A program made the translations under genes and the position numbers. Below the pieces are notes generated by a model. It was not told the DNA's origin. It made no database searches and saw only the letters and a list, made by a program, of their open reading frames with translations. A stretch of DNA of 58,249 nt, counting the filler, from Platydemus manokwari (Eukaryota): the NCBI GenBank assembly GCA_037951405.1. It is 5 parts of 5 records of this genome, joined end to end, with 100 filler letters (N's around TTAATTAATTAA, not from the genome) between each part and the next. Parts side by side here need not be neighbours in the genome. Positions count along the whole stretch, not along the records: positions 31,735 to 44,248 come from JBBMOY010101121.1; positions 44,349 to 58,249 come from JBBMOY011582521.1; 3 more parts are not named here. One strand, written 5' to 3'. Shown piece by piece: positions 38,301 to 50,373 of this stretch. The first letter of the stretch is position 1; every line of letters starts with the position of its first letter.

Positions 38301-39219
38301 TTGTTGATATTTTGGCGTTTGTAAGAGCACGTTCAAATCTTCATCTGTTTCTTTGATCTTTCCAATTATATCGATTTAGCAGAATCGTTTCTTTTGTTTT
38401 AGCATTATTGTTGGTGTTTGTGCTTGCATATTTTTATTGCATCTCTCGACCTTGATTGCGATGTCGTTGTCAGTCAAAACAAATTTGATAGTTTTGAGAT
38501 TAACATTTTTGATCTGGTTAATTGCAACTTGAATTTCGGCACATTATGTTTTAGAGTTAATAGTTTTGTATCCTTGATTTAGCACTTATGCAGTCATATC
38601 GATATCAAGGTTTCCGTAAACACTTCCAATTAATACTGGAGTTATAAAATCTATTCGTCTCCACATTGTACTCTAAATCCACCAATATATTAACACTCGT
38701 TGCCATATTTTTCGGTAGTCCGAAAATAATTTCTTTCATATTTCTTTGGATATGAAATTCGATAACTTAGTGGTTTCAGGTAATGTTTGTACCCTAGAAA
38801 AAGTTGCTGGCGAAATGGAATATCAGAATATCCATTATGGGTTATGCATACCGGGCCCGATTCAAAGAGAATTATTGTTATCTATTGATTGTTTGATTAT
38901 TTTCTTTAGATTCATTCTTTGAATTATGAAGGATGTCATCAATAACCATAGCAGCAATTATTTAAACAAAATATTTCAGGTAAACTTTGAAAAAATTTCC
39001 GACCTTGAATGCGAAGATATAAAACATAACGGAACAGATTTAGTTGATGAAGAATTATTCAATGATTTGGTAGAACAAGTTGATGATATCGAAAAATGTA
39101 TTTGGAAAATCATTTCGAAAACTGACGAGATACTTGTTAGACTTGGTGAAATGGAAAATGCCAAGTTAAACCACCAAAAATCCATCGGTTGCTGCTTATC
39201 CATTGTTGGAGAATCTTAA
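32339..39219 (+). CDS. PKD2: Polycystin-2 (TRPP)-like cation channel, 3' half; exons 32339-32581, 32641-32822, 32880-33099, 33152-33270, 36545-36662, 38980-39219
   Basis: [10 protein letters not shown] (S3), [15 protein letters not shown] (S4-S5), [11 protein letters not shown] (pore), [28 protein letters not shown] (S6), EF-hand [13 protein letters not shown], coiled coil [27 protein letters not shown]. Frame-consistent GT-AG junctions. N-terminal exons are missing, apart from a possible 30-nt exon at 32105-32134. Confidence 0.92.
37250..38870 (-). mobile_element. Highly decayed 5' fragment of a NeSL-like LINE inside a PKD2 intron
   Basis: Same A/C-rich minus-strand composition as 10180-13800; remnant SDCHNG*Y resembles the Ulp1 QxDxxNCG motif. 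No intact ORF. Confidence 0.4.
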
Positions 39220-39715
39220 ATCAATTTTTCCATACAAGTCATCCTTGTTGTACAACCATTCAAGATTTATTCGTTTATTATCGATTTTCTATATTAAAAC
39301 AACTTATTTTGTTAGAAAAGAAATCCCGAATCATTTAAATGTTTTTATCATATATTTTATTAACATGTTTTATTAAATTTTATATTTGTGTGATTATTTG
39401 CTCTTTAAAATAAATTGAGCAATGGAAATTTATTGGAGATTTCATATAGGCCTGTTAATTTTTCAGAAATAAGATCCAAATCATCTTTTATAAGATAATT
39501 TTAGAAAAAATTTATTACAAAGAAAATTTAGAACTCTCTAAGTTAAAATTAAAGAAAAAAAGTTGTTTTTTAAATAATTAATAAATAAATCAGTTAATAT
39601 CAAATCGTCATTTTCTAGGTAAATATTGATTTTTGTGGAATTTATTATAAATTTATTAAAATTATTTATATACTAAGAACAAACAATTGGTCATCTTATA
39701 TTCACCTTTAGCTAG

Positions 39716-40340
39716 TGTTGGGCAGGTCTCAAAAACAGCCAAAATATTCACAGGGAGCTAAGGAAATAACCCTTAAAAGGGTTAACACACCCATTCAAAA
39801 AACTCACCTCCCAACAACCAATCAGATTCCCTCTGATAATCGATTTGCGCATACCCTCAAATGGCAACAAACGTCGATATCTGCCAATAACACTTGAGAT
39901 GTAAGAAAAATTACTAACATATCCATGTACGAACAAATTCAACAAATGAAAAACTAAGCTCCGAGACATCACAACAGACATTACACACCATAGGTCTATA
40001 AAAGAGGTTGGATCTGCCAGTCCCTTTTGGTGAGACAAAAGGTAACAAACGAATCATGGTTCTATGATCTTCTTAATCTGCGGTGCAACATGAAAGACAG
40101 TGGTTGTAAGTCTGTTACTTCAGAGAGGAGATTCAATTCAAAATTCAATTAAAGGAGAAATCATTTTCGTCTTTGTAAGCCACAATTATTTTATAAAAAC
40201 GCATCGAAAACGAACGGAAAAGACTCGACATTCAATTCTCTTCAAAGACAATTATTTAAACAAAATAAATAAAATTTAATATCAAATAAAATTCAATATA
40301 AATTCAAATTCAATCTAAATTCAATTTGATATTCTCACAA
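39716..40340 (+). repeat. Possible solo LTR
   Basis: GC-elevated block starting TGTTG, TATAAAAG at ~39997, AATAAA at ~40264, ending ...CTCACA. No TSD found. Confidence 0.35.
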
Positions 40341-41799
40341 CTTTAAAAACAGGTCAAAGTAGGTCAAAATGCAATTAATTGAAAATTAGCGAGGACCACT
40401 TCTTTTAACATTAGAAGCAATTGTAATGAAACCTAAGATTTTTACAGTTATTTTATAAAAAAGTGACTTCGAAATTATTGAGAAGTGCCAGGAACAATGT
40501 GTTTTCTTTCAAAATGAGTATATTAATATTTATTTAATAGATTGGATACATAGATCCCAAAACTGTCGATGTTGTAATGAAATGAAACCAATGATTTAAA
40601 AATTATTTATTGAGATACAACAAAATTTGTAGAATCCTCGGGAATGAAGAAATATCTTACCATAGAAATATAATTCCAGGCCTAAATATAGTCATAGAAA
40701 TTAACGAGAAATGTTTTGAAAGTGCCAAATATAGTAGCAGGCATCGAATACATGATTTTTGATTCTCAGAGTTGATTTTTGGTTTTTAATCTAAAATTGA
40801 ATTTTATGTAAACATTTCATTAAAAGATTATTACAAATAAATTTTAATAACAAATAACTCAAGTTAATTAAATGAACTATATAGTTTTTAGTAATTTATT
40901 TGACAAATTTTATTTTACCATCCATTTTATAATGTTAACCAAAATAATAAATTTTGGCTTAAGTTAAGAAAAATGGTCCTTTGACCCAATTTTAATGTAA
41001 TGTATTTCCTTGCATAATTAAAATAAAATAAATTTTTAATCTTAATTTAATGAATTTTTTGCTTAAAATTCAATTTAAGATGAAAATGGAAAAAAAAACT
41101 TTAACAATTCTTATATATTATCGATCATGGTTTCATAAACATACTGTTAAATAAAAGTATCATTTTAAATATAAAATTTCTATTTAACTTGTATTTATTA
41201 ATATTGATATTGATTAAATCGATTAAAGCAAATATAACTAGTTATCATAATTGTCATCGTTAAAATATGATATATAATAATCACATTTCATGAATTATAT
41301 ATAAAATAATATTATGAAAACATTACCAAACACCACTGAGTCAACGCAACAAATGAAATGTCATAAATTTAAAATGATATGGAATGATATATTTGTTTTA
41401 ATACTTCACGGAAAGCCCTAAAGATCAGATCACTTAGCTATATATTATTAAAAATGTGGAGGGAAAATGTTGAGATATTTCAAGATATAGTGTTTATTAT
41501 CATAGACGGAATATTATCAGATTAACAGAAGACTGGGATTTATTTAAATTAAAAAAATTTAATCATTTTGTACATTAAAATGTCTTCAGCTATAATTTCT
41601 TCAAGAAAGAAGAACATTTAATTTAGAAACCAATTATAAAAATCGCTTAATAACCAATTTGTGAATTTATTTTTCGAGGATAAATGTGATGCAATAACTG
41701 AAATTCTAGTTTTGCTATCGGCAGTAATTATTTTATGAGAGGCTAAGAAGTATTGATTTTAACTAATTTATTTAAATTATGTTTTGGATTAGATTATTT

Positions 41800-42970
41800 T
41801 TAGTTATGGTTGGGGAAACCGTTTGTGTTTTAAATATTTTATTTCGTATTTTTGGAGGTCTTAATATTTTCGCTGTTGTAAATTTGACAAATTGTTACAA
41901 ACTATCGTGGAGTTGATACTAACATGCTGAATATTAAAAATATTATTGCCGTTGACATGGAATTGTTTAATTTCTTGGAGTTCGATCTGTAAATCTTTTT
42001 TGGTCCTTAATTTTTGTCTGATTTAATCTGTTGCATGACCTTTCTAATGACCGATCTTTTTGTTTATATTTTATCTTTCGGGTGCTAATTGATTGTGAAT
42101 TCATTCTTGAACTTACTATTGTCAGTGCGATTTTGGGTCTTGATTATTTGACAATTTGTGATTGATAATTACACTTTTTGGTAATTAGTGTTATTGAGCA
42201 CACGTAACATATCTCATATTACTATAATTAATGTTGTGGAGTTTTTTGACATCGGCAGTGGTTACTTGGTGTTAATAAGAATACAATGTTCGTGCAGTTC
42301 TTAAAGGTTCTTGGTACTTTTAGACCCTCTAGTACTCTTTGTCATTCTTTGATATTTTCGTGTAGTAGATTTTTTATTTAGCCACTGCCATTGATTTTAT
42401 TCCTTTTCATATGTACTCTTTCCTTGATAAAATTGCGAAATGGATTTAGATATTTCCTCATATTGGGTCATGGTATAATTATGTGTGAGTAACTCAATCC
42501 CTCAGATCATTTTGTATTTTTACCGGTACTATTGGTAACAAATATTCTGGTTGTATTCTTGCCACATGCAGGAAGCAGATACTTTGTTTCTCTTTAGATT
42601 TCGTTAGCTAATTCGTTCCTATAGTTTGTAACTGTCAATGTTTGTAGATTTTTCTGGAACTATCTTCCAAATAAAGTAGTTTTTTGTCTAAAACCCCATT
42701 TCACTTACTGTTTTTATTTGGTTTTACGTTTAAAGGATTTTTAGATTCTTGCATGACAGTATTATCATTTCACCAACGTGAACTTGGAGATTAGAAAAAA
42801 TATTGAAATTTCACGTTCATTTATATTTTTTAATAATTACCATAATAGTTTTTGAATAACTGATGAATTCCCTTGATTCGACTCTCTCTTGTTCGCTTCT
42901 GACCACCACTGAATACTATTGTTATTTTTGCAGTCATTGTATTTGTTTCTACAGGCATTATTTTTTCCAA
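41800..42970 (-). mobile_element. Highly decayed 5' fragment of a NeSL-like LINE
   Basis: A/C-rich minus strand with zinc-finger-like PACGK (~42560) and Ulp1-like NYSN..YVTCA remnants. No intact ORF. Confidence 0.35.
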
Positions 42971-44348
42971 TGGCTTTTGATCTAAACTATTTAAATTATC
43001 CAAAATCCTTACTTTTTAATCACAATATCATAAACCTTGTTTAAGCAATATTCAGACTTATTGTATCGTATTGTAATTTTGGTACAGCTAAATTAGCCAA
43101 TAACAAATTTTTAATTTTTAATTTTAATCAATTATTTAAGCGTAGGTAAACTATTTTCTGTTTTTGTTTAAAAACCTTAAGAATAAAATTAAGATTTTTA
43201 TGATCAATGATTTTGTCAAATTTTATCCATAGAATTTTTTTGTTTATTTTAATTTATTATTTAATGATTTAAAATTTTTTAGAATTTTTATTGTTAAATT
43301 TATAATATGGGACTGTTTGTTTATTTGAACTTGATCAAAATATAATTTCTTGTATTCTAACGTTATGAGTAATCAAGCACAAAACTCTGATAAAGTCAAA
43401 ACGATGTTGTTCTGAAAATATATGCGTGTTCAGACATAATAAATTTATTTGTGATAATGAATTCGAAATATTTGGTATAAAACCAAATAATGTTTATTGA
43501 AAAACAATTCTAATTATGTTAATTAGAGTTAAAAAAAATGATTCATGTATTTTTAATTTTGTTGAAAATACAATAGTAATTTTTTATAGTTGATCTTTTC
43601 ATTGGGGAATATTACTATGATATTGAAAATGAGGATTGGGTTGTGTTTGAAAATAAATAACAAACAATTTGAAATATTAAGTTGATGTGCATTTAATATA
43701 TTGCGAAATAAAAGTCACAAAATCGTTTTAATATTTAATTACTATAATCTAAATCAAATACAATTTTTCGTGAACTACAAAAATTCTAATTATCCAATAT
43801 TGTAAAATTTTCATTATAAAATAAAGTAATTTCTCATTATTTTTTAATAAATTATAATTTTTGTTTATAAATTAAAATCAAAATTTCGAACTATTGTGAT
43901 TAAATGGTCTATTACAGCTTTTTAATAATTTTATAGTTGAAGATTCTGATAGAAAATTTATTTTTATAAATCTTCAATTACGACTAATATAACTGAAATT
44001 ACTAGCTATAATTTTTAAAATATTTGTTCTTAAGTATTTGTTTGTTCCAAAAGATCCAGCACGAATAAAAATCTTCCTAATGATAAGTTCAGTAATTAAT
44101 TTATGCGGTGGAAGTACTGTCAATCATTGGAACATTTTAACGAACTTCATGTAGCAGGATCATGTCGAAGTAAGATTCAAGCACCTAAGCGGTACGCCCT
44201 ATACTTTTTACTTGACTACACATCTCTTTCCTCCAACAATAACGAATANNNNNNNNNNNNNNNNNNNNNNNNNNNNNNNNNNNNNNNNNNNNTTAATTAA
44301 TTAANNNNNNNNNNNNNNNNNNNNNNNNNNNNNNNNNNNNNNNNNNNN

Positions 44349-45100
44349 TATCTAACAAGAAAGCAAACCGTGCTATTAGTAGAAAATTATATCTATATCT
44401 CCAAACCAGGAAAAAACTGTCAGATTCAGGAAACAAAAACTGTCAGATTCAGGAAACAATTTCAGCTATTGTGGAAGAAGATAAATCAACCAGTAATTAT
44501 TCCTGTCAAATCCAGGAAGTCATTCTCAGACGAAGCAATTAAAGCATTATAAATACGAAGAGAAATATTTCAAACAAAAGAAGCTATTCTTCAGAAAAGC
44601 GACGCGCATTTCCTCAGAAAAATATTTTCAAGAATATTTCAGTAAAAGAAGCTATTCTTTCTCTTCAAGCGCATTTCCTCAGAAAAATATTTTACAGAAT
44701 ATTTCAGTGAAAAAGTTATTCTTCCGAAAATCGACGTTTTATTTCTTCAGAAAAATAGTAAGCCTTATTACTTCTAGTAAAGAAAACTCATTATAATCTT
44801 TTATAAATAACTCATTATAATCTCCTATAAATTAACTATTAATCTAAATACGATTTTGAAGTTTCTTTATATATTTGATATCAATTGTATATTAACCAAT
44901 TTTGCTCAGTTACTATCAGCATCTAATACCACTTAAACTCCACCAACAACTCGAGTCTGTTGTTCTGGTGGCCCTAATTCTATAATTAAATCAATATTTT
45001 ATCCAAATCACATATTTGCTCTGGACTGAACCCAGATCATCTGGAGTTAAAAATTTCATAAATTCTAAATTAACTAACACATCAAGTTCAAGGGGTTACG
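44349..45100 (+). repeat. LTR-like segment with internal tandem repeats (2 x 23 bp at ~44412-44459; ~3 x 66-69 bp at ~44561-44757)
   Basis: Repeats AAAAACTGTCAGATTCAGGAAAC and AATATTTC...AGAAGCTATTCTT...GCGCATTTCCTCAGAAAAATA are visible. TATAAATA at ~44548. The LTR identity is inferred. Confidence 0.5.
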
Positions 45101-46111
45101 GTACCACGTAGGCCTAACCTCCAATAAATTAAACAGTTGAGGGCCTTATTTTATTATATCTCTAGTACTAGAGGTTTAGACTACCTTCTGGAGTCATGTA
45201 TAGTTATATAGTTTAATATTAAGTTTACATAGCCTAAAAGATATATTTGAATTTTTATATAAAAGGTTTAGTTATCCTAGTTCAACTATGTATATAAGGA
45301 TCTCAGTAGGCTGATTAAGTCACTAACAACTGGTGAAAAATTGTTGATGAACTTAACTCAACATTTTCTTTGATTCTGATAAGAATAGAAATCAATATTG
45401 AAATCATATAAAACCATTAACCTTGAGAACAAATATAAGTGACAGATAAGTTAAAAAGAATAAAACTGATCATTTTGAAATTAGCGTAAAATGGAAAAGA
45501 AATATCATTTATACAATAATACCTACAAAAGTCTCCAAACTATTATAAAACTTTTTCACATAGAATTAATAAACAAATAACCTCTTAAAAATCAAATGTC
45601 GAAATTTATTGAAAATAACATTTCTTTATAGTAAATAAACCGTACACAGTATCGGGATACATACCTTTCAAAACTAACATTTCCCGTGTATAACCATATA
45701 GTTTTTTATTAATAACAAATTGTGTAAAATCAAGATTCTGTTATTTTTAAAAATAAATGGAAACATTCTCAAATCAACTTATTTAAACTCATGAAATGTC
45801 CAAATAATAAGAAACTCTTGATATCAAATAGGAATAATCGTTTCGAATTACAGCACATCTGTACCAATATAAAAACTTTAAAATTTAAAATAAATAATAT
45901 TTTGGCCTTTTATATCGTTTGCTTTCATTGTACAAAATAAGAAATTTAATTGTAAATTATTAGTTATATTTTTTCGAAATTAGAAATGAATTACTTCATT
46001 ATAAATTTCTTCCATTGTTTAATCATACTAAATATCAGTAACCATGATTTAAAACTATAAAGATTAATTGAATTATTAAGTTTTTTATGAAGTTATTTTG
46101 AATAATAAATA

Positions 46112-48259
46112 ATGTCAAAATCCGGAGTGACAACCGAAAAAACAGAATCGTCCACAGACAATACATCAGTATCTGCTATATCATCTAATTTCGAAATTTT
46201 GGAATTAGCTCGTTTGAAAGCTTCAGAATCGGTTGTTAAATTAGATCAATTTTACCCTGACATTCAGAATGAAATCAAAGTATATTCGGATGTTTACTCG
46301 TTATTGGGTGACAACTCAGACAATTTAGAAAATGAGGTACATCAGGAAAAAGTCGAAGATGAGGACAATAAAATTGTTCAACCATCTGTTTTCACCACAG
46401 AATTGACATCTAAGATTCCTGGTGAAACCGATGATGATTCAAAAGCTATTTCTTTGGTACCGAAATTATGGGCCGGTCGAAATCTTCAAGCATTGCCATC
46501 GTTAACTCAAATCTTGGATACACGAGCAAGCGATCAATACGCATTGGGAATGATAGCTCTCAAGTCTGGCGATTGGGTAGCTGCAATCTCGAACTTTACG
46601 CATTGCATTCATCTGAAACCGAAGGAGCCTTCTTACTACGTGAATCGCGCCGAAATTTTTATACAGCTAGTCGACTTCTCGTCAGCGATTCTCAACTATA
46701 AACGAGCTTGTATCCTCGATCCTGGCAATGAGGAATTTTTCCATCGTCTCGCCTTCCTCTATATTTTTCAAAGCCAAATTCTTTTCGATCAAGGTCATTA
46801 CTCAAGCGCTCTTGAATCCATTGGACGAGCAATAGAAATGGTTCCAGGCAATACCGCATATCAAGTTCGCGCTATAATGTGTCTGGCAGCAATGCATCGC
46901 CATAGCGAATGTCTCGCTTTCGTCAATAAACAAATCGATACAAACAATTCCAACCCGGATTTTTTCGTTTTACGAGCCAAATTGCACTCGCATTTCCGAA
47001 ATTTCTCGCTCAGCTATTACGATCTGATTGATGCTCTCCAAATCGATCCTAACCATTCGGAAGCGATAAAAGTTCTTCACAAAATGGCTCAACAAGCGGA
47101 AAACTATAAAAATCAAGCCATTGAAATCGCACTCAACAATCGCCTCCAAGATGCAGCGAGCCGCATTTCTCTTGCGATTGATTTAAATCCGATAATAGGC
47201 GATTATCACGTGAAAAGAGGTGCTTTTTATCGGCGATTAAAAAATTTCACAGCAGCCATTGACGATTTTATAATGGCGATGGATAAAGTTGATCACAATG
47301 AACAGCACGAAACATACATTCAAGCTCAACGGCAACTGACATTGACATTCAATGATTTTGCTGTGGAATGTTTTATCAAAAATCATTTCGAAGAAGCCAT
47401 CGATTTGCTAAATAAAGCAATTCAACGAGAAAAATCAGAAGCACAATTTTATTTCAATCGTGGCGATTGTTTCTTCAAATTGCACCAATGGGACTTTGCT
47501 CTCGCCGATTACAATCAGGCGAATAGTTCGTCACAAGAATTTCGTCAGTCAACTCAATCGCGAATAGCTTTGGTTTATTTTTCAATCGCCAATGAAAAAT
47601 TCAATGAGACCAACTATCAGGACTGTGAGCGAGCTCTGACAGATGCGATTGAAATCAATCCATTCAATGCAATGTTTTGGAATTTACGAGCACGAACTCG
47701 TCACGCTGTTCAAAATTTCGTGGGAGCGAGAAAAGATGTGATTTGTGGGATACTTTTATCAGGTTTGGATAAAAGTATGGAATCCACCTGCAGCCGGCTT
47801 TTCCCTAATCAAAGCTCTGCACAAATTCTTGAAAGTAAATTAGCGATAACCACAAAGAAGGAGTTGGATAAAATCACCAAAGCACGAGAGGAAATGCAAA
47901 TTAAAGCAACAAAGCCTATAAAAATAGTTAACTTTGGTGAGACAGCTGCAGAAATAATGGATTCGTCAGTAAACGATTTGACAACTCGGAATACGTCGGA
48001 ATCTATTCAACAATATCACCAGATAGAAAACCAAATCAAAAAATGTTCATCCAATAAAAGCTACATGAAAAAATCCAATAGAAACATTGTTGCTTTACCA
48101 GATTTAAATGTGCCAGAAAATCCTCAATCGACGAATATCATTCGAATTGGTGGTTTGAGAGATGGAACGAAATTTTATGTCGATAATGATGGATCTATTA
48201 TTAAAGCTCAAAAACAGCAGGGATGGAGAAAATTTAAAGGTGGAATCGAGATAAAATAA
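46112..48259 (+). CDS. TTC16: Tetratricopeptide-repeat protein, TTC16-like (715 aa, single exon)
   Basis: Uninterrupted ORF with about ten TPRs (YYVNRAEIFIQLVDFSSAILNYKRA; QRQLTLTFNDFAVECF...EAIDLLNKAI...YFNRGDCFFKL...ALADY). This pattern is recognised as TTC16 family. Confidence 0.85.
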   Translation: MSKSGVTTEKTESSTDNTSVSAISSNFEILELARLKASESVVKLDQFYPDIQNEIKVYSDVYSLLGDNSDNLENEVHQEKVEDEDNKIVQPSVFTTELTSKIPGETDDDSKAISLVPKLWAGRNLQALPSLTQILDTRASDQYALGMIALKSGDWVAAISNFTHCIHLKPKEPSYYVNRAEIFIQLVDFSSAILNYKRACILDPGNEEFFHRLAFLYIFQSQILFDQGHYSSALESIGRAIEMVPGNTAYQVRAIMCLAAMHRHSECLAFVNKQIDTNNSNPDFFVLRAKLHSHFRNFSLSYYDLIDALQIDPNHSEAIKVLHKMAQQAENYKNQAIEIALNNRLQDAASRISLAIDLNPIIGDYHVKRGAFYRRLKNFTAAIDDFIMAMDKVDHNEQHETYIQAQRQLTLTFNDFAVECFIKNHFEEAIDLLNKAIQREKSEAQFYFNRGDCFFKLHQWDFALADYNQANSSSQEFRQSTQSRIALVYFSIANEKFNETNYQDCERALTDAIEINPFNAMFWNLRARTRHAVQNFVGARKDVICGILLSGLDKSMESTCSRLFPNQSSAQILESKLAITTKKELDKITKAREEMQIKATKPIKIVNFGETAAEIMDSSVNDLTTRNTSESIQQYHQIENQIKKCSSNKSYMKKSNRNIVALPDLNVPENPQSTNIIRIGGLRDGTKFYVDNDGSIIKAQKQQGWRKFKGGIEIK

Positions 48260-49389
48260 TGATTATCAATACATTTTCGATAATAATCGAGTTTTTTAAA
48301 ATATTACTCTACACACTAATCGGTTTAAGAGAATAATCAATGAAAATAATCCCAATCAATTAATAAAAACTAATGATTACAACGGATATTTTTCATTTTT
48401 TCCAATTTCTATAGTTTCTTTAATTTTTAAAACCCTTTTCCCAATTCGTATGAGTGTTATTTCTAATGTACGTTCACCGATATTCGTTCTATAACCTGGG
48501 CTTTAACAATATCACTTATAATTCATATTATACAATGCTACCGTATTGTTAAATTAGAAATCCAATATTTCACATATAAAGTCAATGTCATTTATAATAT
48601 TTTTAACAATTAAATTTAAAATAATTTCATCTACAATACCATCACGATCAAGTGTCGTGTATCACGGTTATGAAATACTCTCTCTGCAAATAACATGTCA
48701 ATCCAAAGGAAAATATAATATGAGCATTTAAGCCATTACTTTTTGGCTTTCTACAAAAACAAGATCATTTTTACTTTTATGATTACACTATGTATTAATG
48801 GATTTTTGGGTCTAGATTTAACTATCGTCATACCATTGAGTCTTAAGAAAGGCAACCAATCAATATTCCCAACTTCAATTTTTTCAAAAAAGTTAAGTGA
48901 CAAGTGTTCCTATTTATGAATATTATCTGTAACCACTTAAACATTACTAGTTTCAAATCTAATTTTATCCTCAAAGAATATTTCATCTCCCAAGTCTCAT
49001 TACAATGTAAACAAGTCACTAATGTAAAGTAATTAAAAATACGATATTAGAGAAAACAATAACAAATATCGAGGTGCAAACATTGAGGTGCACACACTAC
49101 TTAACGTCTCCAAAATATTAAGTATGAAAAGAGATCATTCAATTATTGATCTACAGAACTTGAAGGTCGAATAACAAGAAGTAAATCAATAGCACAATAT
49201 AGAATTACATAATTAGAAGGTAACGAACCACAAGTGATTAGCAATCCCATAAGTATTTCAACTACAAGTACCGACGCAACAATAGAAATGAATTGGTTAG
49301 ATCCGATATTAGTCCTGATAATTATCTTAACAAATCCATTCCTACGAGAATATCATTTAGTCCTACTGATACGACTTGAATGTCATAAT

Positions 49390-49750
49390 ATATGTGTATG
49401 ATTGATTTTTTTATCATAACTTCTATTCTTTTTCTCCTAGAATATCTTCATCTTTTATTATTTTTGACTGCTTTTATCAGTTGTGTTACTTTTTTCTTAT
49501 TATTGAGACTTGCACACCTGTGTCCCTCAATGCACCGATTGATATATTTATTAATACCATCGATCCATGTGCTTTTTTTGACGTTGAGTAAATTTGCATG
49601 GATCTTTTTGATCTTTTCTCTTATTAATGTGTTGGGATATAGAATCATTTTAATATCTTTGCAGATAACAGTCTTTAATTTAATAACCAATCATAAATAA
49701 GCGCAAAGAAGATCCCAGAGAATGTGTAACAATTATGGTCAATCAATCAA
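49390..49750 (-). mobile_element. Decayed Gypsy integrase zinc-binding-domain fragment
   Basis: ORF 49448-49690 reads LIREKIKKIH...W..GINKYINRCIEGHRC, resembling the HHCC integrase N-terminal region. Confidence 0.45.
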
Positions 49751-50054
49751 TAGAGTTGTCAGCAAACCCGATCTGACAATTTACTATTTAGACATCTTGA
49801 TCAAGAATTATTTGATTTTTGTTTTGATCATTGATTTTTAACATTTGATCGTGTCTTAGTCAATTATGTTTTATTTTATTTTATTTATTAAAGTCTTTTT
49901 TTATTAAAGTCTTCTTTAATCTTAATGCTGCTCTATTTATACACCGTCTTTCCATATGATATGAAAGGCTATTTTTGTCCTCATATTTTGATAACTTTAT
50001 CTTGTGAAATATATATTTATAAAATTAATTAAAGAAACCATAAAAATAAATAAA

Positions 50055-50373
50055 AAAAATCAGAAATAGAGATAATATCGTAAAAGATAATGCAGGAAGA
50101 GACAATGATAAGAGTATTGACAAGTATTGACAAGTATGAAGCATCGTCAACAGGAATGGTGACTCGAAAAAGGAGATTCTACAAAACACCGATGAGAGAA
50201 CTTAGATGTCTACCAGAAATGGGAAACCTGAAAGATACCTGAATTCCAAAGACCCCGTCATTTCCGAATTCAGAAGGATGTGATATATTTGCGTTTGTAT
50301 TAGTTTAAATCCACATATATTTGTAGATGCTTTTAAATAAATAAATAAATATTAATATTATTTCAATCTTACA
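50055..50373 (+). mobile_element. 3' end plus 95-bp LTR (50279-50373) of a Gypsy element related to 411-4282
   Basis: Collinear with the reverse complement of ~411-720 (GACAATGATA.GAGTAT, TGACTC.AAAAAGGAGAT, ATTTCCGAA). PPT CAGAAGGA, then TGTGATATAT...AATAAATATTAATATT...AATCTTACA. Confidence 0.8.
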
